DNA from: a virus
Taxonomy: Duplodnaviria; Caudoviricetes
Length of the DNA stretch: 64,000 nucleotides
Reading direction: 5' to 3' (one strand)
Virus record (IMG/VR): IMGVR_UViG_3300025012_000029
Span: 64,001-128,000 of that record
Position numbers and translations under genes: made by a program. The notes beneath the pieces are model-generated. The model was not told the origin of the DNA and did not search any database. It saw only the letters and a list, made by a program, of their open reading frames with translations. This document shows positions 18,601 to 26,912 of this stretch, one piece after another; within the stretch, counting starts at the first letter, position 1, and each line of letters begins with the position of its first letter.

Positions 18601-19213
18601 TGATACGTAAATATTCTCTCTTCTGAAATTCAAAGGGCATCACTGCATCTAAATTATTTAATTGTTGAGCTTCTTTGTATGTTCCATCAATCATTAAAAT
18701 TCGATGTTCTGGAGTACACTCTAAAAAATTACCATTATCGAACCATACTTTTATAACCTCTTTTGTGCCTGTTTTTCTTGGATTATGTGCTTGTCCGATT
18801 GTGTATTTATTTTTTTCATTATCCCAAGCCCAAATTTCAAATGTTTCGTTATTTTTATATTTATCGCATAATTCAGAAATAGTAAAAATACCTTCAAGAC
18901 ACATTATGCGTGTGTTGCCCTCTAAACATGCGATTTCAGCGCAAAATTCCATCTGATCAAAATCTATATAACGTTCTGCCCTATTGACATTGCCTCTGGA
19001 ATTGGCATATATTTGTGCCAATGGCGATGAAACTGCTTTTTTGAATGGCTGGTTTGAAGCAGATTTGAATTTGAATTTATCTAATTGAAGTCTTTTTAGT
19101 TGACGAGGATTTTGTCTTCTATAGTTTGTTATGGGTCCAGATAAAAGGCGCGTTAAACCTCTAAACAAAAATGATTCTGCGTTTTTTGGATTTCTTTTAT
19201 AAAATTTTGCCAT
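15599..19213 (-). CDS. Portal vertex protein (T4 gp20-like) precursor with two inteins
   Basis: Exteins join as EIA/SSLDIYADE and YRIVR/SPERRVFYVDVG; later EEDYFIP...IESLPGG...DIDDVKY portal motifs; predicted spliced length 675 aa. Confidence 0.92.
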   Translation of the reverse strand: MAKFYKRNPKNAESFLFRGLTRLLSGPITNYRRQNPRQLKRLQLDKFKFKSASNQPFKKAVSSPLAQIYANSRGNVNRAERYIDFDQMEFCAEIACLEGNTRIMCLEGIFTISELCDKYKNNETFEIWAWDNEKNKYTIGQAHNPRKTGTKEVIKVWFDNGNFLECTPEHRILMIDGTYKEAQQLNNLDAVMPFEFQKREYLRIRKPNGKYKSAHRYIFEDVFERQINSINVHHKNHRKYDNRTDNLELLNALDHARLHGKSTITTEKISKSCRQHWNDLNDDEKKERISGFTRWQSSLEGKKFMSDHASFLNKERWKNDLLYVSKMTQIFSNHARSLWENEDWALWKRNHHSETLKLKFANDPSYKDRIKHIRSENGRFEKSVTNEMVLLEGLNYKTLKEFADGFNFDTKTFKHYNGKVQFLQRRLRSCGFKSWEDYKTNYKYSNHKVEHIEWTGKICDVYDLTVDHFENFCLESGIIVSNSSLDIYADEMTTSSPIQKLLTIKCPNEEIKSVLENLYYNVLNLEFNLFGWCRDTCKYGDKILYLDIDEEHGITNFVGLPLMEIERIEGEDKTNPNYVQFQWNSAGMTFENWQVAHFRILGNDKFAPYGNSILDPVRRIWRQLDLQEQAMMAYRIVRCLHGSSKIWTEDGYKEIKDIKVGDKVYSYDNDKLVLSNVLDWVENGIQQIWEIKSKHRTIRTNFNHPILVKDKDTNIIEYVSVDKLIPNKHMFVMPCVSKKESDLFENIVEVSSTEIFDNVYDIRVDNDNHNFISDGVIVHNSPERRVFYVDVGGINEKDVEQHMEKIMTTMKRNTIVDPDSGQADKRFNPMSIEEDYFIPVIGNTGGTRIESLPGGSYTGDIDDVKYLRDKMMSGLKIPHSYIVATEGSMEDKTTLSQKDILFAKTIQRIQRSVVSELEKIGYIHLFVLGYRGKDLISFKLELPNPSKIAELQELEHLKTKFDVAGAATEGYYSRRTIAKKILGMSDEEFLRNTREMFFDAQLAAQLEAIASAGEMAAEGGGDLGDLGGDLGGEEESPEDETLLAAPGKEPEIPPGKRHDFNSMMPQLRTKGHITAGSKGKVYTPVVSDQRSGGARRRSMRGKYSDEMGRNTFRNVFKGGSEMRTLSKGIFEEYEHNYKQTMTDENNKEDNFIAIEAECSESSIEETQQLTDNASSIKLMIESLEKDDSWKEKIKSSKIGNKPDE
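16874..17299 (-). mobile_element. Intein 2 (142-aa mini-intein)
   Basis: Starts CLHGSS; block B IRTNFNHPIL; block F NVYDIRVD; ends VIVHN followed by Ser; no endonuclease. Confidence 0.92.
17768..18928 (-). mobile_element. Intein 1 (387 aa) with internal HNH endonuclease
   Basis: Starts CLEGNT; block B LECTPEHRIL; HNH AHRYIF...VHHKNH..YDNRTDNL; block F DVYDLTVD; ends IIVSN followed by Ser. Confidence 0.88.
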
Positions 19214-19216
19214 TCA

Positions 19217-20803
19217 CTATCCCTTCAAAAGACCGATATATGCTCTTTGTTCGTCTGTAATTTTTGGTTTAAACACAGATGTTCTTGAGTTATATCCAAT
19301 TTGTCCTGGAATTGTTGTATTAAAATTACTCTTCTTAACTATCATTGATTTTAAGAAAGTTTTTTTATATTCTAATCCTCTACTGCTTTCTTTTAAAGCG
19401 GTTTCTCTCACCCAACAAGCTATTGCCAATGGAATTATTAAATCATCATTATGTCCTTTCATAGCTTCAGCCTTTCCATTGTTCCATATAAAAGTTGTAA
19501 ATTCATTATATGTTCTTTCTGAATTAATGATTAGAAATGAATTTCTAATGTATTCGTCGAGCTTATTAATAATCCACGGACGAGTTTTAGAAGAAGTCGT
19601 AAATCCAGGAATAACATTTTCTCTTCTAATTGCTTCATATGCTGGAACATATTCGTGAGAACCTTTTTCTGAGAAAAAAACATTTGGATATTTCATTTCT
19701 ACCATTTTTTTAGCCACTTCGAAACCCAACATGTTATTTTCCACAACAGCCATTGCATTTCCATATTCTACTCCAACATCAAATAATAGTTTTGAAAAAA
19801 GATCATATTCAATTTTGCCTTTATATTCTAAGACTTGTTCAAACGTTTCTAAATTAATAACATGAATAGCTGAATAATCAGTGCCATCGCCACGAGCCAC
19901 ATCGGCTGTGACAAGATAGCTGTATATGCCATTGTATCGTTCCCAAATCCACATATTGCCATCTATTCCACCTTTGACAATAGGGTCTTTAATGCCTTTA
20001 AAAATTTTTTCAAGATAAGAAGACTCTATTACGGTGTCTCCAGATGCCAAAAAACTAAGTTCATACTCTTGAGCAAATTGTCTAGTAGAATATTTCTTTC
20101 TCTCTTCTATTTCCCACTTTTTATCTCTTTCAGGATGGACATACCATGGAAGCTTAGTTAATTTAAATTCATTCTCTTTTACTTCTGCCTTCATACACTT
20201 ATTATAGAACCAAGATCCGATGCCGCGAGGCGTCGATATCGAAATACAACGCCCTCCTCCTGACATTGCTGGACCAGCAGCTACCCACATTTCATCAAGA
20301 TTTTCTATATGTGCTGCTTCGTCAATAACAAGTAAAGAAAGAGCTTCAGAACGTCCAATATCTACTGCTTTCGAACCGGCAATAATTTCAGAACCATTTG
20401 TAAGAGAAAATGTTTGTTTATTGTCATCTTTTATTTTTGATAATTTAGTAAAAAACTCAGGAAGATTTTTAACAATGGATTTAACTTTTCTAACTAGGTT
20501 AACAGCAACCTTGAGTTTGATCCCAACTACCATGATTGATTTTTCACGATGAAACAACATCAACCAAGCACAATAGGCAGCGGTTAATGTAGAAACTCCG
20601 AGTTGTCTACCTTTTAATATTATATTAAATGGATGATCGCGATAATCTTGTATGAGTTTTTTTTGAAAATCCCAAGTTTTAAAAGAAATTAAACCATGGA
20701 CTTTGTGCGTAATTTTACAATAAGTGTCAATGAAATATACTGGATCTTTGCCACATCTGAGAAACTCTCTAGTGATGTCTTGTCTGGAAAGTAACTGAGA
20801 CAT
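19217..20803 (-). CDS. terL: Terminase large subunit (T4 gp17-like)
   Basis: LKGRQLGVST (Walker A region), LLVIDEAAHI (Walker B), ISTPRG, ADVARGDGTDYS and HNDDLI nuclease motifs. Confidence 0.95.
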   Translation of the reverse strand: MSQLLSRQDITREFLRCGKDPVYFIDTYCKITHKVHGLISFKTWDFQKKLIQDYRDHPFNIILKGRQLGVSTLTAAYCAWLMLFHREKSIMVVGIKLKVAVNLVRKVKSIVKNLPEFFTKLSKIKDDNKQTFSLTNGSEIIAGSKAVDIGRSEALSLLVIDEAAHIENLDEMWVAAGPAMSGGGRCISISTPRGIGSWFYNKCMKAEVKENEFKLTKLPWYVHPERDKKWEIEERKKYSTRQFAQEYELSFLASGDTVIESSYLEKIFKGIKDPIVKGGIDGNMWIWERYNGIYSYLVTADVARGDGTDYSAIHVINLETFEQVLEYKGKIEYDLFSKLLFDVGVEYGNAMAVVENNMLGFEVAKKMVEMKYPNVFFSEKGSHEYVPAYEAIRRENVIPGFTTSSKTRPWIINKLDEYIRNSFLIINSERTYNEFTTFIWNNGKAEAMKGHNDDLIIPLAIACWVRETALKESSRGLEYKKTFLKSMIVKKSNFNTTIPGQIGYNSRTSVFKPKITDEQRAYIGLLKG

Positions 20804-20804
20804 A

Positions 20805-21689
20805 TCATGTTATCTTATGATACTTAGACTTCTTTTCTTCGAGAGTATCTTCTTGTTTTTTACTATGTTGTAGTAGTCTGTTGGCAGTTTCTTGAGGAGT
20901 ATCATTTGTTTGAAAATAATAAAATTGAGGACCAACTTTGCCAAACATTCCGTTGGGCGATTCCATTCGCATAAAATCTTCCATTGATAAATTTGGCATC
21001 TGCTGTTTGACTAATTCATGTGTTTGCCTTATAAATTCTTGTCGTCCTGGGCGATTCTGTTTTCCAGTTGCTAATACTTTGGATTCTTCCATTTTTACTT
21101 GATAAAGTTTGGCAAGTTGTTCTAAAACTTCCCTTAAATGATTTGGATTCATTATTCTAAGAAATTCACTCATAAATTTCTCGACGCCTAAATGTTGTGT
21201 AAGAGTTTTATACATTAATTGTAAATCCGTTGTCATCTTTTTTTTAGGAGGCACAATAGGCGTTCCTTTTACGATAGGAGAGCCTTTTACAATTGGAACA
21301 GTTCCAGCTTCACCCAATTCTTCAGCAATATACGAGTATGAAGGTTCCTCAACATCTGTTTCTTCTGGCATGTGAGGTTCGTCTTGGTTAGGATCTTGAC
21401 TAACCTGCTGTAATACTTCTTTACTTGTAAGTTTAGTGTCTAAAATATAGCCTTTCTTAGTCCACTCTACAGCTTCTTCAACCGCATCTTCTATATCAAC
21501 AGTTTTAAGCTCTGCCACTGGCGTATTACCGTCTGGAGAATTAGCAATGACATAATATTGATACTCCATCTCTGGCGTGGAATATTCTTCATGTTCGTCG
21601 TTTTCTTTTAATGATTCATCAATAAAATACCTCTTGATTTCATCAATTACGATTTCTTTTAATTCAGAACCTTTGAAAGAATACTTCAT
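20805..21689 (-). CDS. Acidic, modular hypothetical protein (candidate internal head protein)
   Basis: 294 aa; N-terminal SELKEIVIDEIK helix; PIVKG-S-PIVKG-T-PIV micro-repeat. Confidence 0.6.
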   Translation of the reverse strand: MKYSFKGSELKEIVIDEIKRYFIDESLKENDEHEEYSTPEMEYQYYVIANSPDGNTPVAELKTVDIEDAVEEAVEWTKKGYILDTKLTSKEVLQQVSQDPNQDEPHMPEETDVEEPSYSYIAEELGEAGTVPIVKGSPIVKGTPIVPPKKKMTTDLQLMYKTLTQHLGVEKFMSEFLRIMNPNHLREVLEQLAKLYQVKMEESKVLATGKQNRPGRQEFIRQTHELVKQQMPNLSMEDFMRMESPNGMFGKVGPQFYYFQTNDTPQETANRLLQHSKKQEDTLEEKKSKYHKIT

Positions 21690-21690
21690 A

Positions 21691-22386
21691 TTATTTTCCT
21701 TTATTATATGATGACCAGGACACTGCCCATGGATTGCTTTCTTTTCTTTTACCTGTTTTTGGATCTGTATATGTTTTTGGAAGTTCTTTTTTCAATCTCT
21801 TTACTTGTTTTTCTCTTCCTGGAGGAGCTTCTTCTTTCAATCTTTCGAAAGATTTTATTACCTCAGATAATATATCAACAATTTCATTGTACGACATTCG
21901 CCTAAGAACATGATCGGCAAACATTTGATCAAAAGCAACTTCTGAAACACCAGCAGATTTAATTGCTCTAGTGTAGATTTCTTCTATCTTTTGTTGCTGA
22001 TCGTTAGATTCTTGAAATTTTAATTTCTCTTTGCCTATTTTTTGTTCTCTCTGTGACAATTTTTGTGGCGGAAGTTTTGGTTTATTATAAATCCTTCTTT
22101 CTGGGAATGGCATATTTTTTGGCGCATACATAGACCATAATTCTTTAGATTCTTCTGGTGGGAGTTTGCTAAGTAAACCAATAATAATAGACTCTGATTC
22201 GCGTCCTGCTCTGTGATATCTTGAATCGTCAGACCATTCATATGCCCAATCATGTCGTTTCATTTTGTTTCTTAACTCTTGTTTAAATTCGGCTGATTCT
22301 TCCTCAAGGATTACTTCTCTTATCGTATTTAACAAGTATTTCTTTACTAGAACAGACATTACTTGTTGCCCCCTAGAGAAAGCCAC
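21691..22386 (-). CDS. Modular hypothetical protein (candidate internal head protein)
   Basis: 231 aa; LNTIREVILEEE near the N-terminus; HDWAYEWSDD module; C-terminal NPWAV. Confidence 0.6.
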   Translation of the reverse strand: MAFSRGQQVMSVLVKKYLLNTIREVILEEESAEFKQELRNKMKRHDWAYEWSDDSRYHRAGRESESIIIGLLSKLPPEESKELWSMYAPKNMPFPERRIYNKPKLPPQKLSQREQKIGKEKLKFQESNDQQQKIEEIYTRAIKSAGVSEVAFDQMFADHVLRRMSYNEIVDILSEVIKSFERLKEEAPPGREKQVKRLKKELPKTYTDPKTGKRKESNPWAVSWSSYNKGK

Positions 22387-22844
22387 TTCTCAAAAGATTT
22401 ATCGATTTCCTTTTCGTTTGTTTCTTGATTAATGCCTTCAATTTCATATATACAGTGCGCTAGCACCCAGCTACGAATTCTATTCATATGTTCAACTCTA
22501 ACGATTGGTTCTCCGATCATCTTAAGTCCCAATGAATTCTTCGTAATAGATTTATATTCTTTCTTGAGAAAGGAGATACAGTCGGACATAATATCTGTAA
22601 TATTTTGTTCAAATTTCTTTCCATGAACTTCTTTGAGCGCAATCTCACTTTGGTACGTAAGTTTGAGCTTATTACCCATTATGTTGACGCCGAATCCATC
22701 CATAATTCTTTTATCGTGGATAGAAGTTGGTTGTTCTCTTCTTAATCCTATTTCAACTGGTTTTCCATCTTCATCAAGGGCGCCGTCATGAGATTTCATC
22801 ATTGCTTGTGAAATACCATTAACTATTTCAATTGTGCTAGCCAT
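22359..22844 (-). CDS. Hypothetical protein
   Basis: 161 aa; SD TAGGAG. Confidence 0.7.
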   Translation of the reverse strand: MASTIEIVNGISQAMMKSHDGALDEDGKPVEIGLRREQPTSIHDKRIMDGFGVNIMGNKLKLTYQSEIALKEVHGKKFEQNITDIMSDCISFLKKEYKSITKNSLGLKMIGEPIVRVEHMNRIRSWVLAHCIYEIEGINQETNEKEIDKSFEKWLSLGGNK

Positions 22845-22854
22845 TTATCTTCTC

Positions 22855-23523
22855 CTATATAAAGTTCCACAATTCTTTATTAACTATCCTATAAGTATTA
22901 GAAACACTGATTTTGTATCTAGCAGATATCATTTTAACAGATGTTCCATTTTGATGTAAATTTCTAATTTCCAAAATATTGTTTTCGTTAAGTTTTGAAC
23001 TCGGATTTAAAGAACCTTGCTGTTTGGCATTTTTGTATCTTTTTCCTAAATTGTGAGGAATTTTACCTTTTTTTGCATCTGACATTTTTTGTTTGGTTTC
23101 TTCTGAATGTCTCTTTCCATGGCATGGATGCTTAATGCCTTTTATCCCAAAAAAATGATGGTTTTCTCCTGATCTTTTTTTTAATTGCTCTTCTGACCAT
23201 TTATACCCAAGCATACTTACAGCTTTTGGAGATAAGTTGTAACAATTATCTTTACCAAAGTATAAGTCTAAATAAAACTGTTCGCGCTCTAGAATTATAT
23301 TTTTGTCGGCAGAAGTTTCTTCTATTGTCTCAAACAAAAAGCAATATTCTCCATATTTATTCCATGAATTTTGTAAATGTGTTGAAAAATGTATGTTATT
23401 TCTTAACAACGACTTATGTTTACTAAGCCTAGCAGATATATTTATACTACTGCCAACATAAAACTTCCCATCCATTAAATTGGTTATTCTATAAATCCCA
23501 GCTCTTTCAATTTTGTCTTCCAT
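22855..23523 (-). CDS. Free-standing GIY-YIG homing endonuclease with NUMOD3 and HTH tail
   Basis: GIYRITN...YVGSS, LEREQFYLD, KRHSEETKQKMS, C-terminal VKMISARYKISVSNTYRIV. Confidence 0.9.
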   Translation of the reverse strand: MEDKIERAGIYRITNLMDGKFYVGSSINISARLSKHKSLLRNNIHFSTHLQNSWNKYGEYCFLFETIEETSADKNIILEREQFYLDLYFGKDNCYNLSPKAVSMLGYKWSEEQLKKRSGENHHFFGIKGIKHPCHGKRHSEETKQKMSDAKKGKIPHNLGKRYKNAKQQGSLNPSSKLNENNILEIRNLHQNGTSVKMISARYKISVSNTYRIVNKELWNFI

Positions 23524-23888
23524 TTTTCTTCTCGATATTCAACATGCTCCACATAACACTCAAAACAACACTTAAATTTGTTCATATATAAGTCGTCTTT
23601 TCTATTAAATGAATAAACTTTACAAGATACACAAATCCTATTGTTATCTTTGATAAATAGTTTCTTGGCAATAGAAACACCGCCATTGTTGACCATCTCT
23701 GGTTCTGGTGGAACAATACTATAAATTTCTTTTATTTGCTGAAGATAATTTTGTTCTTTTTCTATATCCCAAGATGCTTTGGGATTGGTTATGGCTTCAA
23801 TGCCATATTTTTCTTTAATAGCTTTTTCGAGATTTGCTAAATATTCCAGAGTTGGTTTAGGCATGTTATCGCAATTGTCCCGCTGCAT
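23484..23888 (-). CDS. Hypothetical protein with C-terminal Cys cluster
   Basis: CVSC...CCFEC; 40-nt overlap with the GIY-YIG start. Confidence 0.7.
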   Translation of the reverse strand: MQRDNCDNMPKPTLEYLANLEKAIKEKYGIEAITNPKASWDIEKEQNYLQQIKEIYSIVPPEPEMVNNGGVSIAKKLFIKDNNRICVSCKVYSFNRKDDLYMNKFKCCFECYVEHVEYREEKWKTKLKELGFIE

Positions 23889-24333
23889 ATACAGATAAAG
23901 CAGTTAATGCTACACCAGCTAAAAAACCGCCACCTATGTATAACCAGGAATAGTCATTTGAATTGAGAGCCATATCGCGAAGCTTTTCTAACTCTTTATC
24001 TTTTTCTTCTATAATGATTTTTGATGTTTCTTCTTGAGTTTTGAGATTGATTTTCAAATTATCAATATCGAGTTTATTTTTTGCTTTTTCTTTTCCCAAT
24101 TCGAGATCAAGCTTGAGCTTAAACTGTTCTTCGAGATTTTCTTGCTCTGTCAATAAAACACCAGTAGCTGTTGGATCAAATAATGTCCCGTCGAATTCAA
24201 CTATATCTCCTTTATTTAGGATAGAAAATACACCAGTAGTAGATGTAGTTGTTTGAGCGTAGGATATGTTAATGCCTGACGATATACACAAAAAACTAGC
24301 GAGTATTGCTATTGGTTTTTTTAACTGGAACAT
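23866..24333 (-). CDS. Secreted coiled-coil protein with C-terminal TM helix (spanin-like partner?)
   Basis: Likely start ATG 24333 (the ORF track starts at 24387): signal peptide ending SYA/Q, coiled coil, C-terminal WLYIGGGFLAGVALTALSVYAA. Confidence 0.6.
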   Translation of the reverse strand: MFQLKKPIAILASFLCISSGINISYAQTTTSTTGVFSILNKGDIVEFDGTLFDPTATGVLLTEQENLEEQFKLKLDLELGKEKAKNKLDIDNLKINLKTQEETSKIIIEEKDKELEKLRDMALNSNDYSWLYIGGGFLAGVALTALSVYAAGQLR

Positions 24334-24688
24334 ATATAAATCCATACCTTTCTTGAATTTGGGACGCAAGTTTTTCTGGTTCAGCATGATATTTGACTAT
24401 CACTTGGATCTTTCTTTTACGTTCTACGTCTAACGCATCAGATTTCTTTTTGTAATCATCTTCTAAGGATTTTACTTTATTCTCAAAATCTTTAATAGCT
24501 TTATCGCGAAATTCTAATTCTTTTTGATGTAGATCGCGAACTTCTGTTATTTGTGTATTGTAAGAATCAACAGTTAATTTTAAAATTTCTTCAGCATTAC
24601 CTAAACGAATGTGAATATAAGTGATAACTGCGCCTATAATTACAAAAACGAGCCAATATTTTTTTAGAAATCCTAGAACTAATTCCAT
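24296..24688 (-). CDS. i-spanin-like protein (N-terminal TM plus coiled coil)
   Basis: KKYWLVFVIIGAVITYIHI followed by a long charged helix; coupled to the holin-like gene. Confidence 0.55.
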   Translation of the reverse strand: MELVLGFLKKYWLVFVIIGAVITYIHIRLGNAEEILKLTVDSYNTQITEVRDLHQKELEFRDKAIKDFENKVKSLEDDYKKKSDALDVERKRKIQVIVKYHAEPEKLASQIQERYGFIYVPVKKTNSNTR

Positions 24689-24951
24689 TACGGACCTTTT
24701 TCATTGACTGGGGGCACTGGTTCAACTTTTCCTTTTTTATTAGTGACCGAACCGTGTTTCCATGTAGTAGCGGTATCAACTGTTGCCTGCACACCGAGAT
24801 ATACGATTGCGATCATCTCCCACACATCTTCACTTATTTTTGTATACCAAAGAAGAAAAGTGGCGATCAAAAGAACAAATAATTTCTTAGAGACCCAACG
24901 ATTATATACTATATCGGCAATTTTTTTAACCTGTTCTACTATTTCTTTCAT
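24688..24951 (-). CDS. Holin-like small membrane protein
   Basis: 87 aa, two hydrophobic segments, basic C-terminal tail. Confidence 0.55.
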   Translation of the reverse strand: MKEIVEQVKKIADIVYNRWVSKKLFVLLIATFLLWYTKISEDVWEMIAIVYLGVQATVDTATTWKHGSVTNKKGKVEPVPPVNEKGP

Positions 24952-24974
24952 ATCTGTCCTCCAAAGTTAAATCA

Positions 24975-25208
24975 TTACTGCCAATTAGAGCCAGTTGTAA
25001 TGGAAATAATTTCCTCTTGCGTATAAGCCGCAAGTCCAAGACCCTGTAAACTAGGCGGCGCGCCGTTGGCTGTTACAAATTTTAAAATTGCCTGCGAGCC
25101 ATCGTTCGATGTGCGAAGCGTTTCACGAGAAGTCTGCACACAGTCTATGATTTGCTGATCCGTTATATCAGAAGTGTTCATTATTGCATATGTATATCTA
25201 TTTGGCAT
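24975..25208 (-). CDS. Small hypothetical protein
   Basis: 77 aa, between the LamG gene and the holin-like gene. Confidence 0.6.
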   Translation of the reverse strand: MPNRYTYAIMNTSDITDQQIIDCVQTSRETLRTSNDGSQAILKFVTANGAPPSLQGLGLAAYTQEEIISITTGSNWQ

Positions 25209-25213
25209 ATATT

Positions 25214-26080
25214 TTACGGAGCAGAACCAGTAATATCTCCAGCCTCCATATTTTGCGCAGAACCAGAATTATTGTTTGTTGAATAATCAAAAAACGTTGG
25301 AAACGCATCAACACCGTCTCCCATTCTCCACCATCCAACTAAGTTTGAAGCAGCGGCAACAGACAATAGATTATTCGGCGCTCCCGAATTATATATTTCT
25401 GATCTATCAGATGATGTTAATTCTTTGTTCCAAATCGCCAATTCATCCATATATCCTTTATATAGTTGAGCGGCTTCGGCGTTCTGCGCTATTCGAGTTC
25501 GAACGGTTCCAACGGGAATAGTTGTTGTCGTACCAAGATTATTTAATGTGTAATCCGTCGATAATAATACATTATTACGATAAATTTTCATATTACCTGC
25601 CGCCGCTGTTCCATCAAACGTTGCAAAAACATGTTGCCATGAACCAGTAGTCATCACAGCAACAGAACGCGCAGTTATTTCTTTTGTAGCTGGAATGGCA
25701 AATAATCTAAATCTTAATTGCCCATTAACGTCTAATCCCAAAGACCATCCTACATTGGAATTATGGCGTGACACTATGTTATCTGAAGATTGGAACCCAG
25801 TCGGCTTAAGCCAAACCGAAATACTGAACGGTTGGTTGTAATCAAATGCAAGTTCATTGGCGGACCCACATTCTAAATATTCGTTCACACCATCAAACAA
25901 AAGAGAATAAGTGTTAGAATATGCTGTCACAACAACTTCGGGAGGCAAAGCTATTCTAGTAAGTTGCCCTAGATTATTCGTAATATAATTTTTACCTAAA
26001 TTATCTCTTCTGTTGGCTCGGAAATAACCATCTTGTCTATATCTCAACGTTGTCATTATTGAGCTATCCTGTGAACCCAT
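25214..26080 (-). CDS. LamG/concanavalin A-like domain virion protein
   Basis: SLLFDGVNEYL, FSISVWLK, WQHVFATFDG, YMDELAIWN, LVGWWRMGDG. Confidence 0.85.
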   Translation of the reverse strand: MGSQDSSIMTTLRYRQDGYFRANRRDNLGKNYITNNLGQLTRIALPPEVVVTAYSNTYSLLFDGVNEYLECGSANELAFDYNQPFSISVWLKPTGFQSSDNIVSRHNSNVGWSLGLDVNGQLRFRLFAIPATKEITARSVAVMTTGSWQHVFATFDGTAAAGNMKIYRNNVLLSTDYTLNNLGTTTTIPVGTVRTRIAQNAEAAQLYKGYMDELAIWNKELTSSDRSEIYNSGAPNNLLSVAAASNLVGWWRMGDGVDAFPTFFDYSTNNNSGSAQNMEAGDITGSAP

Positions 26081-26412
26081 CCTGTAATGTTTACGATACT
26101 TCCCGTTGTCGCATGAGCGCGAACAACCGCAGAATTATTTAATACCGCGCCAGGTAAAACCAACGACAATCCTTGCGTACCAGTTAAGGCAAGCTTAATG
26201 TTGTCGTCCGGACTTGTTGTTCCGCCATATTGAATTGTAAGAATTGAATTAGAACCAGTCGTAGCGCAAGCAGCATACAGCCAAATTTCATCAAAGTTAG
26301 TTGTCCCGGCAACAGATGTATGGATTGCGGTTCCCGGAGAGCCCGTCGCTGCCACAAGTATTGGGCGCCCATTTGTGCTTCCCGAAAGTAGTTGTTTTGT
26401 AAACGTTGCCAT
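26056..26412 (-). CDS. Small beta-sandwich protein, probably virion structural
   Basis: 118 aa; DEIWLYA...LTIQYGG; SD AAGGAG. Confidence 0.65.
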   Translation of the reverse strand: MATFTKQLLSGSTNGRPILVAATGSPGTAIHTSVAGTTNFDEIWLYAACATTGSNSILTIQYGGTTSPDDNIKLALTGTQGLSLVLPGAVLNNSAVVRAHATTGSIVNITGWVHRIAQ

Positions 26413-26427
26413 TATAAATCTCCTTGA

Positions 26428-26826
26428 TTAAGAAAAAGTCCTGACTGCGATGATAAAATCTTCTTTATTCACTTGTCCAGTGGCATCCCCAATCGTTCCA
26501 CCGTATTCATATATAAATGTTATTTTATCCCCTGAACTAAGCGAAAATGGTGTATTCAGCCATGTAGCGGCAGAACCTGTTACTGTATAATCTGTTGTTA
26601 GATTATACAGAACTCCATTAACATTCATTCTAACATCTGTATTGTCTTGTGGAGTTTGGGTAAGAGTAAATGCTGTTTGTGACGCAGTTGCCGAAAAAAC
26701 ATCAATCTGTTCTGATGGCATTGAGAGAGTTTGCGGTTCCCACATTGCTGAAGAGGAATTATATGTAACAATTTCGTTATGAGTCGCACCATCTTGATGT
26801 AGTTGTTTTAATTTAAGCAAACTCAT
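26428..26826 (-). CDS. Small decoration-like protein
   Basis: QTAFTLTQTP...VRMNVNGV...DYTVTGSAATW module shared with 8220..11531 and 3715..4902. Confidence 0.7.
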   Translation of the reverse strand: MSLLKLKQLHQDGATHNEIVTYNSSSAMWEPQTLSMPSEQIDVFSATASQTAFTLTQTPQDNTDVRMNVNGVLYNLTTDYTVTGSAATWLNTPFSLSSGDKITFIYEYGGTIGDATGQVNKEDFIIAVRTFS

Positions 26827-26877
26827 ATATTGTCCTCTCTATTAAAAAATAAAAAATTTTACATTTAATACTCTCTT

Positions 26878-26885
26878 TAATTAGT
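26878..26885 (-). promoter_or_regulatory. ACTANTTA junction motif
   Basis: ACTAATTA, ~52 nt upstream of ATG 26826. Confidence 0.5.
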
Positions 26886-26912
26886 TATGATATTTCAATT
26901 TGTCAACTCTAA

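Noticed and set aside
26878-26906. Sigma70 promoter from TTGACA at 26901-26906
   Set aside because: No acceptable -10 at 16-18 nt spacing (TAATTA at 17).
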